IMG/VR virus record: IMGVR_UViG_2974626280_000001
Location: 9,169 to 73,168 of that record
Reading direction: 5' to 3' (one strand)
DNA from: a virus
Taxonomy: Duplodnaviria > Caudoviricetes
DNA length: 64,000 nucleotides
Shown here: positions 40,262 to 48,589 of the stretch, piece by piece
Layout of the letters: the number at the start of each line of letters is the position of its first letter
Position numbering within the stretch: the stretch's first letter is position 1
Position numbers and translations under genes: made by a program
Notes under the pieces: generated by a model
Seen by the model: the letters and a program-made list of their open reading frames with translations, nothing else
The model's database searches: none
Told to the model about the DNA's origin: nothing

Positions 40262-40286
40262 AAAAAGCGCCCAATCAAGGGCGCTC
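40262..40286 (-). terminator. Intrinsic terminator after the VOC gene
   Basis: Minus strand AGCGCCC-TTGATT-GGGCGCT followed by TTTT. Confidence 0.7.
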
Positions 40287-40302
40287 TGTTAGCATCAACC
40301 AA

Positions 40303-40848
40303 TCAACCCTTTGCTGCTGTCACGGTTGGCTCAACATACGGCGTGTAATTGGTATTCAGGCGGACGATGAACTTGAGGTCAACGCCAAGCAGGTCGTAAG
40401 TGTCAAAGATTACGTAGTTGTAACGGCGCTCGTCTTTGATGGCTTCGTTGGTGTGGGTCTGCGTCATAACTTCTTGCGCAATCGCCACGCCTTTAGACGC
40501 GAAGTAAGCCCGGTAAGACAGCAACTCGTCATTGGTGACGTGCATACCAAGGTGGCTTACACAATGCGGACGGTTCTCCAGCCAGTTGTTGCCTTTGGTG
40601 TAGTTAAGCACCTCCAGCTCCAGCGGCTTACCAGCTTCGACATCAGAGCCGCTGCCAGCCTGATAGTTGAAGTTCAGCTCTGCAATGTTAGTGCCGTTGG
40701 AGCCGTTAATCGCGCCAGTGGCGGTGACGACGTCCGTCACCCAACTGGTCAGGCCCAGGTCGCGTAGGATTTCAATGGCGACGTCGCTGTCAGGAGCGTT
40801 GAGAGCAATCTGCTGGATTTCGAATTTTTTCACTTTAATCTTTTCCAT
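40303..40848 (-). CDS. VOC/glyoxalase-superfamily protein (methylmalonyl-CoA epimerase-like)
   Basis: IQQIAL...LELEVL...SHLGMHV...YVIFDT...LGVDL pattern; start moved to MEKIKV. Confidence 0.75.
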   Translation of the reverse strand: MEKIKVKKFEIQQIALNAPDSDVAIEILRDLGLTSWVTDVVTATGAINGSNGTNIAELNFNYQAGSGSDVEAGKPLELEVLNYTKGNNWLENRPHCVSHLGMHVTNDELLSYRAYFASKGVAIAQEVMTQTHTNEAIKDERRYNYVIFDTYDLLGVDLKFIVRLNTNYTPYVEPTVTAAKG

Positions 40849-40858
40849 TTTATTCACC

Positions 40859-40984
40859 TTAAATCTTGCAAGCGTCGCCGCAATCGTTATCGTCAGCGGA
40901 CTCTTCAAATTCAACTTCTTTACGATTGTTGACGCGCTCTACAGCTTCGTCAACGCCAGGGATTTCAAAATCGTCTTCGCCCAT
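40859..40984 (-). CDS. Acidic 41-aa peptide ending DDNDCGDACKI
   Basis: Manual translation MGEDDFEIPGVDEAVERVNNRKEVEFEESADDNDCGDACKI; RBS TAAGG; exactly fills the gap between the SDR and VOC genes. Confidence 0.75.
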   Translation of the reverse strand: MGEDDFEIPGVDEAVERVNNRKEVEFEESADDNDCGDACKI

Positions 40985-40992
40985 AGTTTACC

Positions 40993-41670
40993 TTATTTAC
41001 CGAAGGGGATGTCAGTACCAGACATGTACTTATAGCTGCCTGATTCGATGAGGTGGCCGATGAATTCCGCGATGGACTCCGGCGGCGTTTCCAGACCGTG
41101 CATCAGAGCCTTGCGTTGGTACTCCGCAGCAAACTCTGGCGTCCAGCCGCGAACCTTGCAGACGTTCTCTTCAATCTGCTTGGACATGCCAGTACCAGCC
41201 AGCTTGTTAGGGCTGATAGAGAACACCGTGATGCCGTGCTTAGGCGTCAGTTCATGCGCCATCTGCTTAGTGATCATCAGACCCGCTGCTTTAGACGCGT
41301 TGTAAGCCAGGCTGGACGTCATAGGGATGTGCGCAGCGTTTGAAACGATGTTGATAACGAAGCCTTTCGACGCAATGAGTTGCGGCAGAACCGCCTGAGT
41401 CATAGCGACGAAAGAAAATGCGTTAACGTGCATCACATGGTCGAACTGCTCAACACTTACTTCTTCAAACCACTCGTTGCGGTTGATACCGGCACAGTTG
41501 ATCAGACCGTCGACTTTGTCGAGTTCACTTACCCACTTTGGCGGGTCTTGAACAGTCTGGTTAGGAGCAACGTTGCGGTCAAATTCGATAACCTGAATTC
41601 CGTTGAACTCCAGGACAGAAGCGATTTCACGACCTAAACCAGAAGAAGAGCCTGTTACGATAACTTTCAT
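40993..41670 (-). CDS. Short-chain dehydrogenase/reductase
   Basis: TGSSSGLG, INCAG, catalytic S and YNASK. Confidence 0.92.
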   Translation of the reverse strand: MKVIVTGSSSGLGREIASVLEFNGIQVIEFDRNVAPNQTVQDPPKWVSELDKVDGLINCAGINRNEWFEEVSVEQFDHVMHVNAFSFVAMTQAVLPQLIASKGFVINIVSNAAHIPMTSSLAYNASKAAGLMITKQMAHELTPKHGITVFSISPNKLAGTGMSKQIEENVCKVRGWTPEFAAEYQRKALMHGLETPPESIAEFIGHLIESGSYKYMSGTDIPFGK

Positions 41671-41700
41671 TATTATTTCCCGTTCGTTTAAGATGAGATA

Positions 41701-41728
41701 AGAATACGCCCCTTTGGAAGAGGCGTCA
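41701..41728 (-). promoter_or_regulatory. sigma70-like promoter for SDR/peptide/VOC, overlapping a hairpin
   Basis: TTGACG-16-TATTCT; ACGCC/GGCGT stem inside the spacer. Confidence 0.5.
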
Positions 41729-41732
41729 ACCT

Positions 41733-42833
41733 TTATTTGATTTTGATAGTGTGCGTATTAATCAGCGGCTCCAGCATCGCTGCATACACGGTTAAATCCA
41801 GAATCGAGTCCTGATGAGTCAGACCGCTGTTGGTGAAGCGCGTCAACTTAACAATAAGCAGCTCGAAGAGGTGCCACATGTTATAGTCTTCCTGCGTCTT
41901 CAACTCAACGCCATTCGGAAACAGCGCGGCCATCACCTTACCGACGACCAGCGCGTTGTCTTTATAGACGGCGTTACGCTCACGGAACGTTGCGGCGGCT
42001 TCTTCCAGCACGTCAGCCGCGATACGGCCTGACTTGTATTGGGCGCGAAGAGCATCGAGCGTGTCAACAGGTTGAGTTCGCTCCAGCTTCTCCGGGACTT
42101 CCACCGGGCGCACCGCCGCGCGGGTGTAGTAGTCGCCCAACTCGACGGCGCTGCAAGGGTATGCCAGAGTTGAGTCATCTGTTTCCTTCAACAGCGCCGC
42201 AATTAGAGGGTTAGTGGCGCAGCGCATTGTGGTGTGCGGCTTGAAGACGAAGTCGTGGCGTCCTTTGAATCTGACAGGGAACGCACTATCAACCTCTTGA
42301 GATTCGCCTTTGCGAATTTTCGCAATAATGTGCTCGTTGCCGCCAGCAATGACCATCTTTTTGGTCACCAGCCAAGGCTCAATAATAGCAGCATCAAATT
42401 CACGGTACATCTTAATAACGTCAGGGTGATCATCGAATGCGATGATGTGCTCATACTCATGGCCAGGCATCAAAAGGAACTTTTCCAGCATCTGGCGCTT
42501 CAGCGTCGCACTTGGCACGCCGTCTTCGTGATCAGCTCGCATAGCCAGAACTTTGTACTGGTCATCGGAAATACCGATAACATGATTCAACTGGTATTTG
42601 GTCACGCCAAAAATCCTCTGCGGCCTTGCGGTAAAAAAGGCGATATCCATGCCAGCCGCTAAGGCGTAGGCGACGAGGTGAGAGCCGATTGGCAGCGCCG
42701 TATCTTTAGCCATCTGCTCTTCAGAATGATACGCGTCAAAGTTCCGATTAGCCCAGTCGATGAGCGGTACACGGTGGGAATCGTCGATAGTGCAGCCGTC
42801 AAGGTCAAAGATAGCCAGTGTTCTGTTAGTCAT
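41733..42833 (-). CDS. HAD phosphatase (PNK-phosphatase-like) fused to an all-alpha nucleotide-modification-associated domain (DUF6378/DUF1599-like)
   Basis: FDLDG, FFTAR, LK, FDD HAD motifs; C-terminal RERNAVYKDN...KLTRF...HQDSILDLTVYAAML. Confidence 0.75.
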   Translation of the reverse strand: MTNRTLAIFDLDGCTIDDSHRVPLIDWANRNFDAYHSEEQMAKDTALPIGSHLVAYALAAGMDIAFFTARPQRIFGVTKYQLNHVIGISDDQYKVLAMRADHEDGVPSATLKRQMLEKFLLMPGHEYEHIIAFDDHPDVIKMYREFDAAIIEPWLVTKKMVIAGGNEHIIAKIRKGESQEVDSAFPVRFKGRHDFVFKPHTTMRCATNPLIAALLKETDDSTLAYPCSAVELGDYYTRAAVRPVEVPEKLERTQPVDTLDALRAQYKSGRIAADVLEEAAATFRERNAVYKDNALVVGKVMAALFPNGVELKTQEDYNMWHLFELLIVKLTRFTNSGLTHQDSILDLTVYAAMLEPLINTHTIKIK

Positions 42834-43120
42834 TCTACACGCCCTATTGATTTAGAATATTGATAGTAAAAGTCAATCTTATTTAACTTTGCCATAATCT
42901 TATCTTCATTAGGCTCAAAGTTAAAGCCGAATTTATCAGTCAGCAACGAAAGTACAGCAAACAAGTCTTGCACTTCATTTTGCAGACGTTCACGATTCGG
43001 CGGCGTGCTGTCGTTCATACGCTCATCAAGGCCGAAGCGGTCGCACTTGGAGCATTCCTGGGCTATCTCAGCACACTCTTCAGCAAGTAGCCCAAGAAGG
43101 AATTGATCACGTGTTTTCAT
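42830..43120 (-). CDS. MazG-like NTP pyrophosphatase
   Basis: LAEECAEIAQ...K...FGLD...LQNEVQDL pattern. Confidence 0.7.
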   Translation of the reverse strand: MKTRDQFLLGLLAEECAEIAQECSKCDRFGLDERMNDSTPPNRERLQNEVQDLFAVLSLLTDKFGFNFEPNEDKIMAKLNKIDFYYQYSKSIGRVE

Positions 43121-43953
43121 CAGCCGCTCGACTTGCCATTGTTGGCTACCGGGTTATTGGTCTGAACTTCAATATTCCAGAAGTCCTGTTTAAGTTTTGC
43201 TTTCTCCGCTTCCAGGTCCATCCACGGACGCCAGAAGGGGCAATGAGCCTTACCGTGGCGAGGGAAAGCGCACTGGCCAGTGGCTACGCAAGCGACTTGA
43301 AGCAGCGGCTCAGCCCACCAATGGACTTCGAGAATCAAGCGGCGCATCTCACGGAAAACCTCTTGGTACTCTCCTTGTGTACGCGTACAGAGGCGAGTCT
43401 TGGCGGTCTCAGAGAGCGTGCGCAGGTTGAACTTCGCCTGAATACGTGTCGACATGTTAGACGGCATGATACCACGAGCGTCTTGCAGTTCGGCCCCTGC
43501 CGCGATAAGCTCGGCATACAGCGCGTCAATGGTCGCCATGCCATCGTCCCATAGTTCGGCACGATTTTGCTTGGCGCGAAGATTGTTGATTCGCTCCTCA
43601 TCATTGGAGCTAAAAACATCCACTGTTTGATCAGGATTAAGGTGCTCAAACGCTTTCGGACGAACCGCATCAAACGCTGAAATTTCAAGTGCGCGGCTGG
43701 TTTCCTGCTGATAAGCTCCGGTGCGCGTTCTCACCAATTGGTGAGTAAAGTTCTTGCTCACTCCAGAGATATCAAAAACGTAATCGACGAATTCAAACGG
43801 CGACTTGATGGTGTCCAGCATATACTTAAAGTGGTCTGCCTTCTCCTGCTCAGTCATAGTCTTTGGGTCAGCGCCGCGCATACGTGCGGACTTAGTACCC
43901 AGCAAAAGCTCCAGCGCGTTAGGAGTAACGCTAATAAGTTCAACTTTCATCAT
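43120..43953 (-). CDS. thyX: Divergent flavin-dependent thymidylate synthase (ThyX-family)
   Basis: SPFE, GVSKNFTHQLVRTR...ETSR, ARGIMP, RL...Q-E; the signature RHRx7SxR reads RTRx7TSR. Confidence 0.85.
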   Translation of the reverse strand: MMKVELISVTPNALELLLGTKSARMRGADPKTMTEQEKADHFKYMLDTIKSPFEFVDYVFDISGVSKNFTHQLVRTRTGAYQQETSRALEISAFDAVRPKAFEHLNPDQTVDVFSSNDEERINNLRAKQNRAELWDDGMATIDALYAELIAAGAELQDARGIMPSNMSTRIQAKFNLRTLSETAKTRLCTRTQGEYQEVFREMRRLILEVHWWAEPLLQVACVATGQCAFPRHGKAHCPFWRPWMDLEAEKAKLKQDFWNIEVQTNNPVANNGKSSG

Positions 43954-44366
43954 TTGAAGTCCACAATGTCGTATTCAGAAGTCAGGCCGCAAGTATAGAT
44001 TTTCGACCCATATTTAGTCACTACCTGGGAACCGTCGCCAAGAACGATTACCAATAATTCTGCGCTCTTGCGCGTCTCAGGATGGAAGAAGGCATCACGA
44101 TTCCCTTCCAACTTAATTGGCGCGGCGTCTTCGATTACAATTTGCTGGCCGGACGGTAAGATGACCCGGAAATCAGCGCCACCGTAGCCAGCAGGCGTGG
44201 CCGCAAGCGTCATCTGGTGGTTAAGGTCGGCACTGGCACAGGCGTAGTCCCAGCTCTTGTTTACGGCGCGTACCTGGGCGTCAGCGCCCGGTGCGAAGAA
44301 GCCGAAGAGGAAAGCGGCCAGAAGCAGCAGTCCATACCAACGTTCGCCTTTAAGTAAGTTTTTCAT
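43950..44366 (-). CDS. Secreted hypothetical protein
   Basis: Signal peptide ending GADA; two Cys; own promoter. Confidence 0.7.
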   Translation of the reverse strand: MKNLLKGERWYGLLLLAAFLFGFFAPGADAQVRAVNKSWDYACASADLNHQMTLAATPAGYGGADFRVILPSGQQIVIEDAAPIKLEGNRDAFFHPETRKSAELLVIVLGDGSQVVTKYGSKIYTCGLTSEYDIVDFK

Positions 44367-44394
44367 CTTACACCTCCGATTAGTTGTTAAAGTG

Positions 44395-44423
44395 ATTATC
44401 GCTCATCCTTGAGCAGAAAGCAA
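44395..44423 (-). promoter_or_regulatory. sigma70-like promoter (GAGCGATAATCA class)
   Basis: TTGCTT-17-GATAAT; 22 bp identical to 44843-44864. Confidence 0.8.
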
Positions 44424-44430
44424 GTTTATT

Positions 44431-44808
44431 TTACCACTCTTCACGACCGGTGACGATGCACGGAATAAGCTTGCTACCATCGACGACGATAGACGCAGTA
44501 TTGTTGCGCATATCCTTCTTGGTGATTCCGATGCTTACTACATGGTTGCCGTTGAAAGCGCTCTGCATGACGTAAACTTCACCGTCAGCATTAATGCCAC
44601 GGCGCGTTCCGCCATTGGTTGGGTAGTTAACGCCGTTGTAATCGATAGCGTTTAAGATACCCTGCGGAGTGCGCGATTGCGAGTACAGGAGAGGTTTGCC
44701 GCCGCAAATCATACGGAAGTAAACAGCGCTTGACTCAGCATGAACGGCTACGGGGCAAAGGGTTGAGGCGGCGACGATAGCGGCTGCTGCAATAATAAAA
44801 CGTTTCAT
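44431..44808 (-). CDS. Secreted hypothetical protein
   Basis: Signal peptide MKRFIIAAAAIVAASTLCPVAVHA; Cys near both ends of the mature part. Confidence 0.7.
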   Translation of the reverse strand: MKRFIIAAAAIVAASTLCPVAVHAESSAVYFRMICGGKPLLYSQSRTPQGILNAIDYNGVNYPTNGGTRRGINADGEVYVMQSAFNGNHVVSIGITKKDMRNNTASIVVDGSKLIPCIVTGREEW

Positions 44809-44844
44809 TTTTAATTCCTTCAATTGTTTTGTTTCGATAGAATG

Positions 44845-44873
44845 ATTATCGCTCATCCTTGAGCGTACGTCAA
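44845..44873 (-). promoter_or_regulatory. sigma70-like promoter (GAGCGATAATCA class)
   Basis: TTGACG-17-GATAAT. Confidence 0.8.
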
Positions 44874-44879
44874 GCACTT

Positions 44880-45842
44880 TTATTTAAAATTTTTGAGACG
44901 TTGATAATTAGTCGCGTGGATAAGGTTATCGACCTTTAAAACGTCGTCGGCTACGTCGTCCAGTAACAGGTTTCGCCATGTAGCGAAGCGACCGATAGAG
45001 AAGACGCGGAATTGAGACGTCAACTCATAGAGTACCGCCTGTCGCAAGTCCTGCGGCATGTCGACAATCTTACCATAGCGCTGATCAACGACTTCGGCAG
45101 ACGCGATGTCGACCTGAGTTGGGTGCAGACCGAACTTGCCAGCTATGTACGCCAGCTCGATATCCGTATCCATATAACTGCCGCCGTTCTCTATCATTTC
45201 GACAATCATAGTGTCGCCAGTGATAGAGGCGCGATAGGTCTTAAGGTCTTCGGCAGGGAAATAGATTGTTTGGTAAATGTCGCATGGAACATTCACCTTG
45301 AAGCGGTGAACGCTGATGCTCTGACGGGCGAACGCGAAAGGGATTTGCTCATCGTGTTCGAGGTTGGTAATCTTCATCATCACCTGCATAGGGATAGTGC
45401 TGATGATTGAAGGGCGGTTATCGAGGTTGAAATTGAAAGCCTCATCAATCGGAGTCTCAAATAAGATTCGGTCCTCACCAACCTCTTCAATGAGTCGGTC
45501 ATAGAAGTCGTCAGGCGCAATGTAGCGCGTCGCCGTCTCCAGCTTCATGATGCTGCGGCCAGAGAGCTGCCCTGTTACCTTCAGCGAGTACATGTTGGCA
45601 AGGTTGAGCGGGCAAGTGCCCTGATGCATCTGGTTGCCGTAAACAACGGCCTTATCCACGCGTACGGCGCGGAAAGGAATTCCGGTCAGCTTTGATACCT
45701 CTTCGCCGCGAAAACGCAGGAGAGCGCGGTGCTGTGGCATTCTTGGGCCTGCTTCATACACGGGCGCTTTCTTGAAGTGGCAAGCGGTGATAAGGCCAGC
45801 AAGTCCTGCCCCGGCGATTACGATTGATTTGGTCAGGTTCAT
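44880..45842 (-). CDS. FAD-dependent protein, UDP-galactopyranose mutase/amine-oxidase-like fold
   Basis: N-terminal IAGAGLAG...VYEA Rossmann motif; C-terminal IGRFATWRNLLLDDV resembles the GRLAxYxYxxMxxV flavin motif of UGM. Confidence 0.75.
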   Translation of the reverse strand: MNLTKSIVIAGAGLAGLITACHFKKAPVYEAGPRMPQHRALLRFRGEEVSKLTGIPFRAVRVDKAVVYGNQMHQGTCPLNLANMYSLKVTGQLSGRSIMKLETATRYIAPDDFYDRLIEEVGEDRILFETPIDEAFNFNLDNRPSIISTIPMQVMMKITNLEHDEQIPFAFARQSISVHRFKVNVPCDIYQTIYFPAEDLKTYRASITGDTMIVEMIENGGSYMDTDIELAYIAGKFGLHPTQVDIASAEVVDQRYGKIVDMPQDLRQAVLYELTSQFRVFSIGRFATWRNLLLDDVADDVLKVDNLIHATNYQRLKNFK

Positions 45843-45930
45843 TAGTATTTCCTAAATAATGAGGGTAGTCACAGCCATTATAATCCATTGCCGCAACTTT
45901 GGGAATAGGATGGTGAACTTTATGTGGACG

Positions 45931-45955
45931 AAAAAAGGCCCGGATTTACCGGGCC
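45931..45955 (-). terminator. Intrinsic terminator
   Basis: GGCCCGG/CCGGGCC stem with T6 tract on the minus strand. Confidence 0.8.
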
Positions 45956-45984
45956 AATACTTACCTCAGTGAAACTTTGACTGA

Positions 45985-46872
45985 TCAGTCGTTATCGAAG
46001 CGCTGAACGGATTCGTCATCTTCAAAAGTGTCGGCGTCACCGTCTTCAACTTCTGGCTGCCCGGTCTGATCAACGGTGTGGAACACCAGGTGACCCATCT
46101 CTTCCAGCTTGCTCAGGTAAGAGCGGACGCTTGCGCCGTACAGCAGGCCTTTCACTTCTTCGCCGAACTCGTCGATGTTGATCAGTGTGCCATCGCTGTA
46201 TTTTTCACGAATCACCGCCAGCACTTTGCCGCGCGTTGAGTGCTCCTGCGGGTTCGACAGACCTTCGCCGGTATACTGGAAGTGGGTCGATTTGGTACGG
46301 CGGCCACCTTCAGCTTTCTTAGCAGCTTTACGCTCTTCCAGGATGGCACGGCGCTCTTCGGCTTCCTGCTTACGCGCAGCCTTATCGGCTTCGGCCTGCT
46401 GACGTTTCGCTTCACGCTCAGCATCACGCTCAGCTTTGCGGTCCGCTTTAGCCTGATCACGTTCAGCCTTTTTAGCAGCTTTCGCTTCTTCACGCGCCTT
46501 AGCACGCTCTTCAGCCTGCTCAGCTTTAGCAGCTTCGCGCTCAGCTTTCTTGGCTTCTTTCTCTTCTTCACGCTGCTTAGCGCGTTCAGCTTTAGCGGCT
46601 TCACGCTCTTCAGCTTTAGCAGCTGCTTTAGCTTCGCGCTCTTTGGCTTTCTCTTCAGCCTGAGCTGCGCGCTTCTCTTCCTTCTCCTGCGCCTTAGCAG
46701 CGCGGGCATCGGCCTGTTCCTGACGCTTGGCTTCGCGCTTGGCTTCAGCTTCTTTACGCGCTGCTTCACGCGCTTCAGCCTTTTCCTGGCGCTCTGCTTC
46801 ACGCTTAGCGCGGCGCTCCGCTGCTTCAGCGGCTTTCTGTTCTTTCGATTTAACCTGGATTGGTTCGCTCAT
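45985..46872 (-). CDS. E/K/A/R-rich charged helical protein with C-terminal helix-turn-helix-like domain
   Basis: About 190 aa of EAK/ERA repeats, then STRGKVLAVIRE...VRSYLSKLEEMGHL. Confidence 0.8.
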   Translation of the reverse strand: MSEPIQVKSKEQKAAEAAERRAKREAERQEKAEAREAARKEAEAKREAKRQEQADARAAKAQEKEEKRAAQAEEKAKEREAKAAAKAEEREAAKAERAKQREEEKEAKKAEREAAKAEQAEERAKAREEAKAAKKAERDQAKADRKAERDAEREAKRQQAEADKAARKQEAEERRAILEERKAAKKAEGGRRTKSTHFQYTGEGLSNPQEHSTRGKVLAVIREKYSDGTLINIDEFGEEVKGLLYGASVRSYLSKLEEMGHLVFHTVDQTGQPEVEDGDADTFEDDESVQRFDND

Positions 46873-47030
46873 GGTAGTGTCCTTAGTAGGTAGATTATAT
46901 TTTAATTTACTGCTTTCGTTTAAAGTAAATTGATTATCTATTGCCTGCGTGATTAAAGCAACGGAATAATCCTATTAATACTGCACTTTAATTCGCCACA
47001 ATTTTAAAGTGAATTATTCCGTAAATTATT

Positions 47031-48179
47031 CTATGAGCGGAACACCCAAAGACGCTTAGCGGCACGTGTAACTGCCGTGTACATCATCTTAGCGTATGGG
47101 ACGCCGCGCAACATCTCCTCAATGACGATTACATTATCCCACTCAGAGCCTTGTGACTTGTGTATGGTAATGCAATAGCCGTAATCAAATCCACCGACAT
47201 TACGTTGGGCCGCGCGTTGATCCAGCTCGTCTTCGTATATAAAGCAGTCAGGATTGAGCTTGCACTTAATCTCTTTGCCCGTCGTCAACGATGTTCCGAT
47301 TACGTACAGCATCCCTGGCATTTCGTACTCGTCCAGCTCCATGTCAGGCACGTCTTCATACGACTTGACGATAAGCTGTTCACCGTTCATGAAGCCCGCG
47401 CCGTGCTGGTTAAAGGTGCAGACTATCTTTTCACCTGGAGAGGGGATAGGGTTGCAATGGCCAGCAACGTCGCGCATCAGCTTGTTATAGAATACGCGCG
47501 TCGTATTAAAGGAGCAGATAACCTGAGAGTCAGGACCCATGTGCGCCTTTAGGAAAGTAGAGCGCGGCTTGGCGTCGCTTACCACGACGTCGTCGTATTC
47601 ACGGACGGGCAGCCGATTACCCTGACGGACAAAGAAACTGGCGCGAATAATGTTAGATTCTTTACTTTGTCGCATTATCTGCTGAAGCTCTGTATCAGGG
47701 TGAATGAAGTAAGGCGCGGCCTTGACTGGAGGAATCTGCCCGGTGTCGAGGAGAACCAGCACAGGGATGCGGTGAGAAAGAAGCCTTTCTGCGTCCCACT
47801 CTCCGACCATCGACCCCTCATCCAGAACGACCATCTGCGGCTTTTCTAGCAGAGTGTCCTTTCGGAAAAACATCGGGTTTCCTTCTTCATCTTCGCCGCG
47901 CACGTTGTAGATGAATTGGTGCAGGGTCTTCGCGCCGGGGAATCCTTTTTGCTTAAGACGCGCGGCTGCTTTCCCGGTTGGCGCGATTGCCAGCGCTCCG
48001 TACTCGCCAACGCATTGGGTGGCTATCTCCTTAGCGACCGACGTCTTGCCAGTTCCCGCGAAGCCTGCCAGCGCGAAATAGGGCTTGCGGGTCTTACCAT
48101 CCTGATAGCGCCGATACCAGTCTACGGCCATACGGATGGCTTCTTTTTGTTCCGGGTTAAACTCGAAGTTGTTCGACAT
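47031..48179 (-). CDS. RecD/Dda-like SF1 helicase
   Basis: GFAGTGKT, APTGKAA, LDEGSM, GQIPPV, YCITIHKSQGSEW, YTAVTRA. Confidence 0.92.
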   Translation of the reverse strand: MSNNFEFNPEQKEAIRMAVDWYRRYQDGKTRKPYFALAGFAGTGKTSVAKEIATQCVGEYGALAIAPTGKAAARLKQKGFPGAKTLHQFIYNVRGEDEEGNPMFFRKDTLLEKPQMVVLDEGSMVGEWDAERLLSHRIPVLVLLDTGQIPPVKAAPYFIHPDTELQQIMRQSKESNIIRASFFVRQGNRLPVREYDDVVVSDAKPRSTFLKAHMGPDSQVICSFNTTRVFYNKLMRDVAGHCNPIPSPGEKIVCTFNQHGAGFMNGEQLIVKSYEDVPDMELDEYEMPGMLYVIGTSLTTGKEIKCKLNPDCFIYEDELDQRAAQRNVGGFDYGYCITIHKSQGSEWDNVIVIEEMLRGVPYAKMMYTAVTRAAKRLWVFRS

Positions 48180-48508
48180 TATAATTCAGCGACCTCGTTA
48201 AGTTGTAAGAAGGCATAGTGCATTAGGCCGCAACCACAGTTATCAACAAACTGTTCTCCTGTTAGTTTATCGAACTTTATTGACGTACCTGGTATGTGCC
48301 AATAGTTCTCAGACTCCACCAGCCAAGTCTGATGAGCGCTGACCTGGTTACTTGGATTAAGCGGAGAAGTGAAGATAAACAGCAAGCGACCTGTCACCCT
48401 CATTTGGACGGGCTTTCGTACAAGTTCCGTATGGTTATAGTTGTGCACAATTCCGATGTGCGTTGCTTCGTTCATAGACATCTTCTTTATATCATGTTCT
48501 TTATTCAT
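48179..48508 (-). CDS. Hypothetical protein
   Basis: ORF coupled to the helicase start. Confidence 0.6.
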   Translation of the reverse strand: MNKEHDIKKMSMNEATHIGIVHNYNHTELVRKPVQMRVTGRLLFIFTSPLNPSNQVSAHQTWLVESENYWHIPGTSIKFDKLTGEQFVDNCGCGLMHYAFLQLNEVAEL

Positions 48509-48589
48509 TTTCAGGCGACCATAGTTAGTGCGGAAAAGGTAGCGATAGTATATATTCGAATCTCACAATAAAGCAAAGGAAGTTTAATC

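Noticed and set aside
45985-46872. TolA annotation for the E/K/A-rich protein
   Set aside because: The resemblance is compositional only; there is no N-terminal membrane anchor or TolA C-terminal domain
46212-46893. Long alternative-frame ORFs (196 aa minus, 217 aa plus) over the charged-helix gene
   Set aside because: Produced by the low-complexity repeat, which lacks stops in other frames
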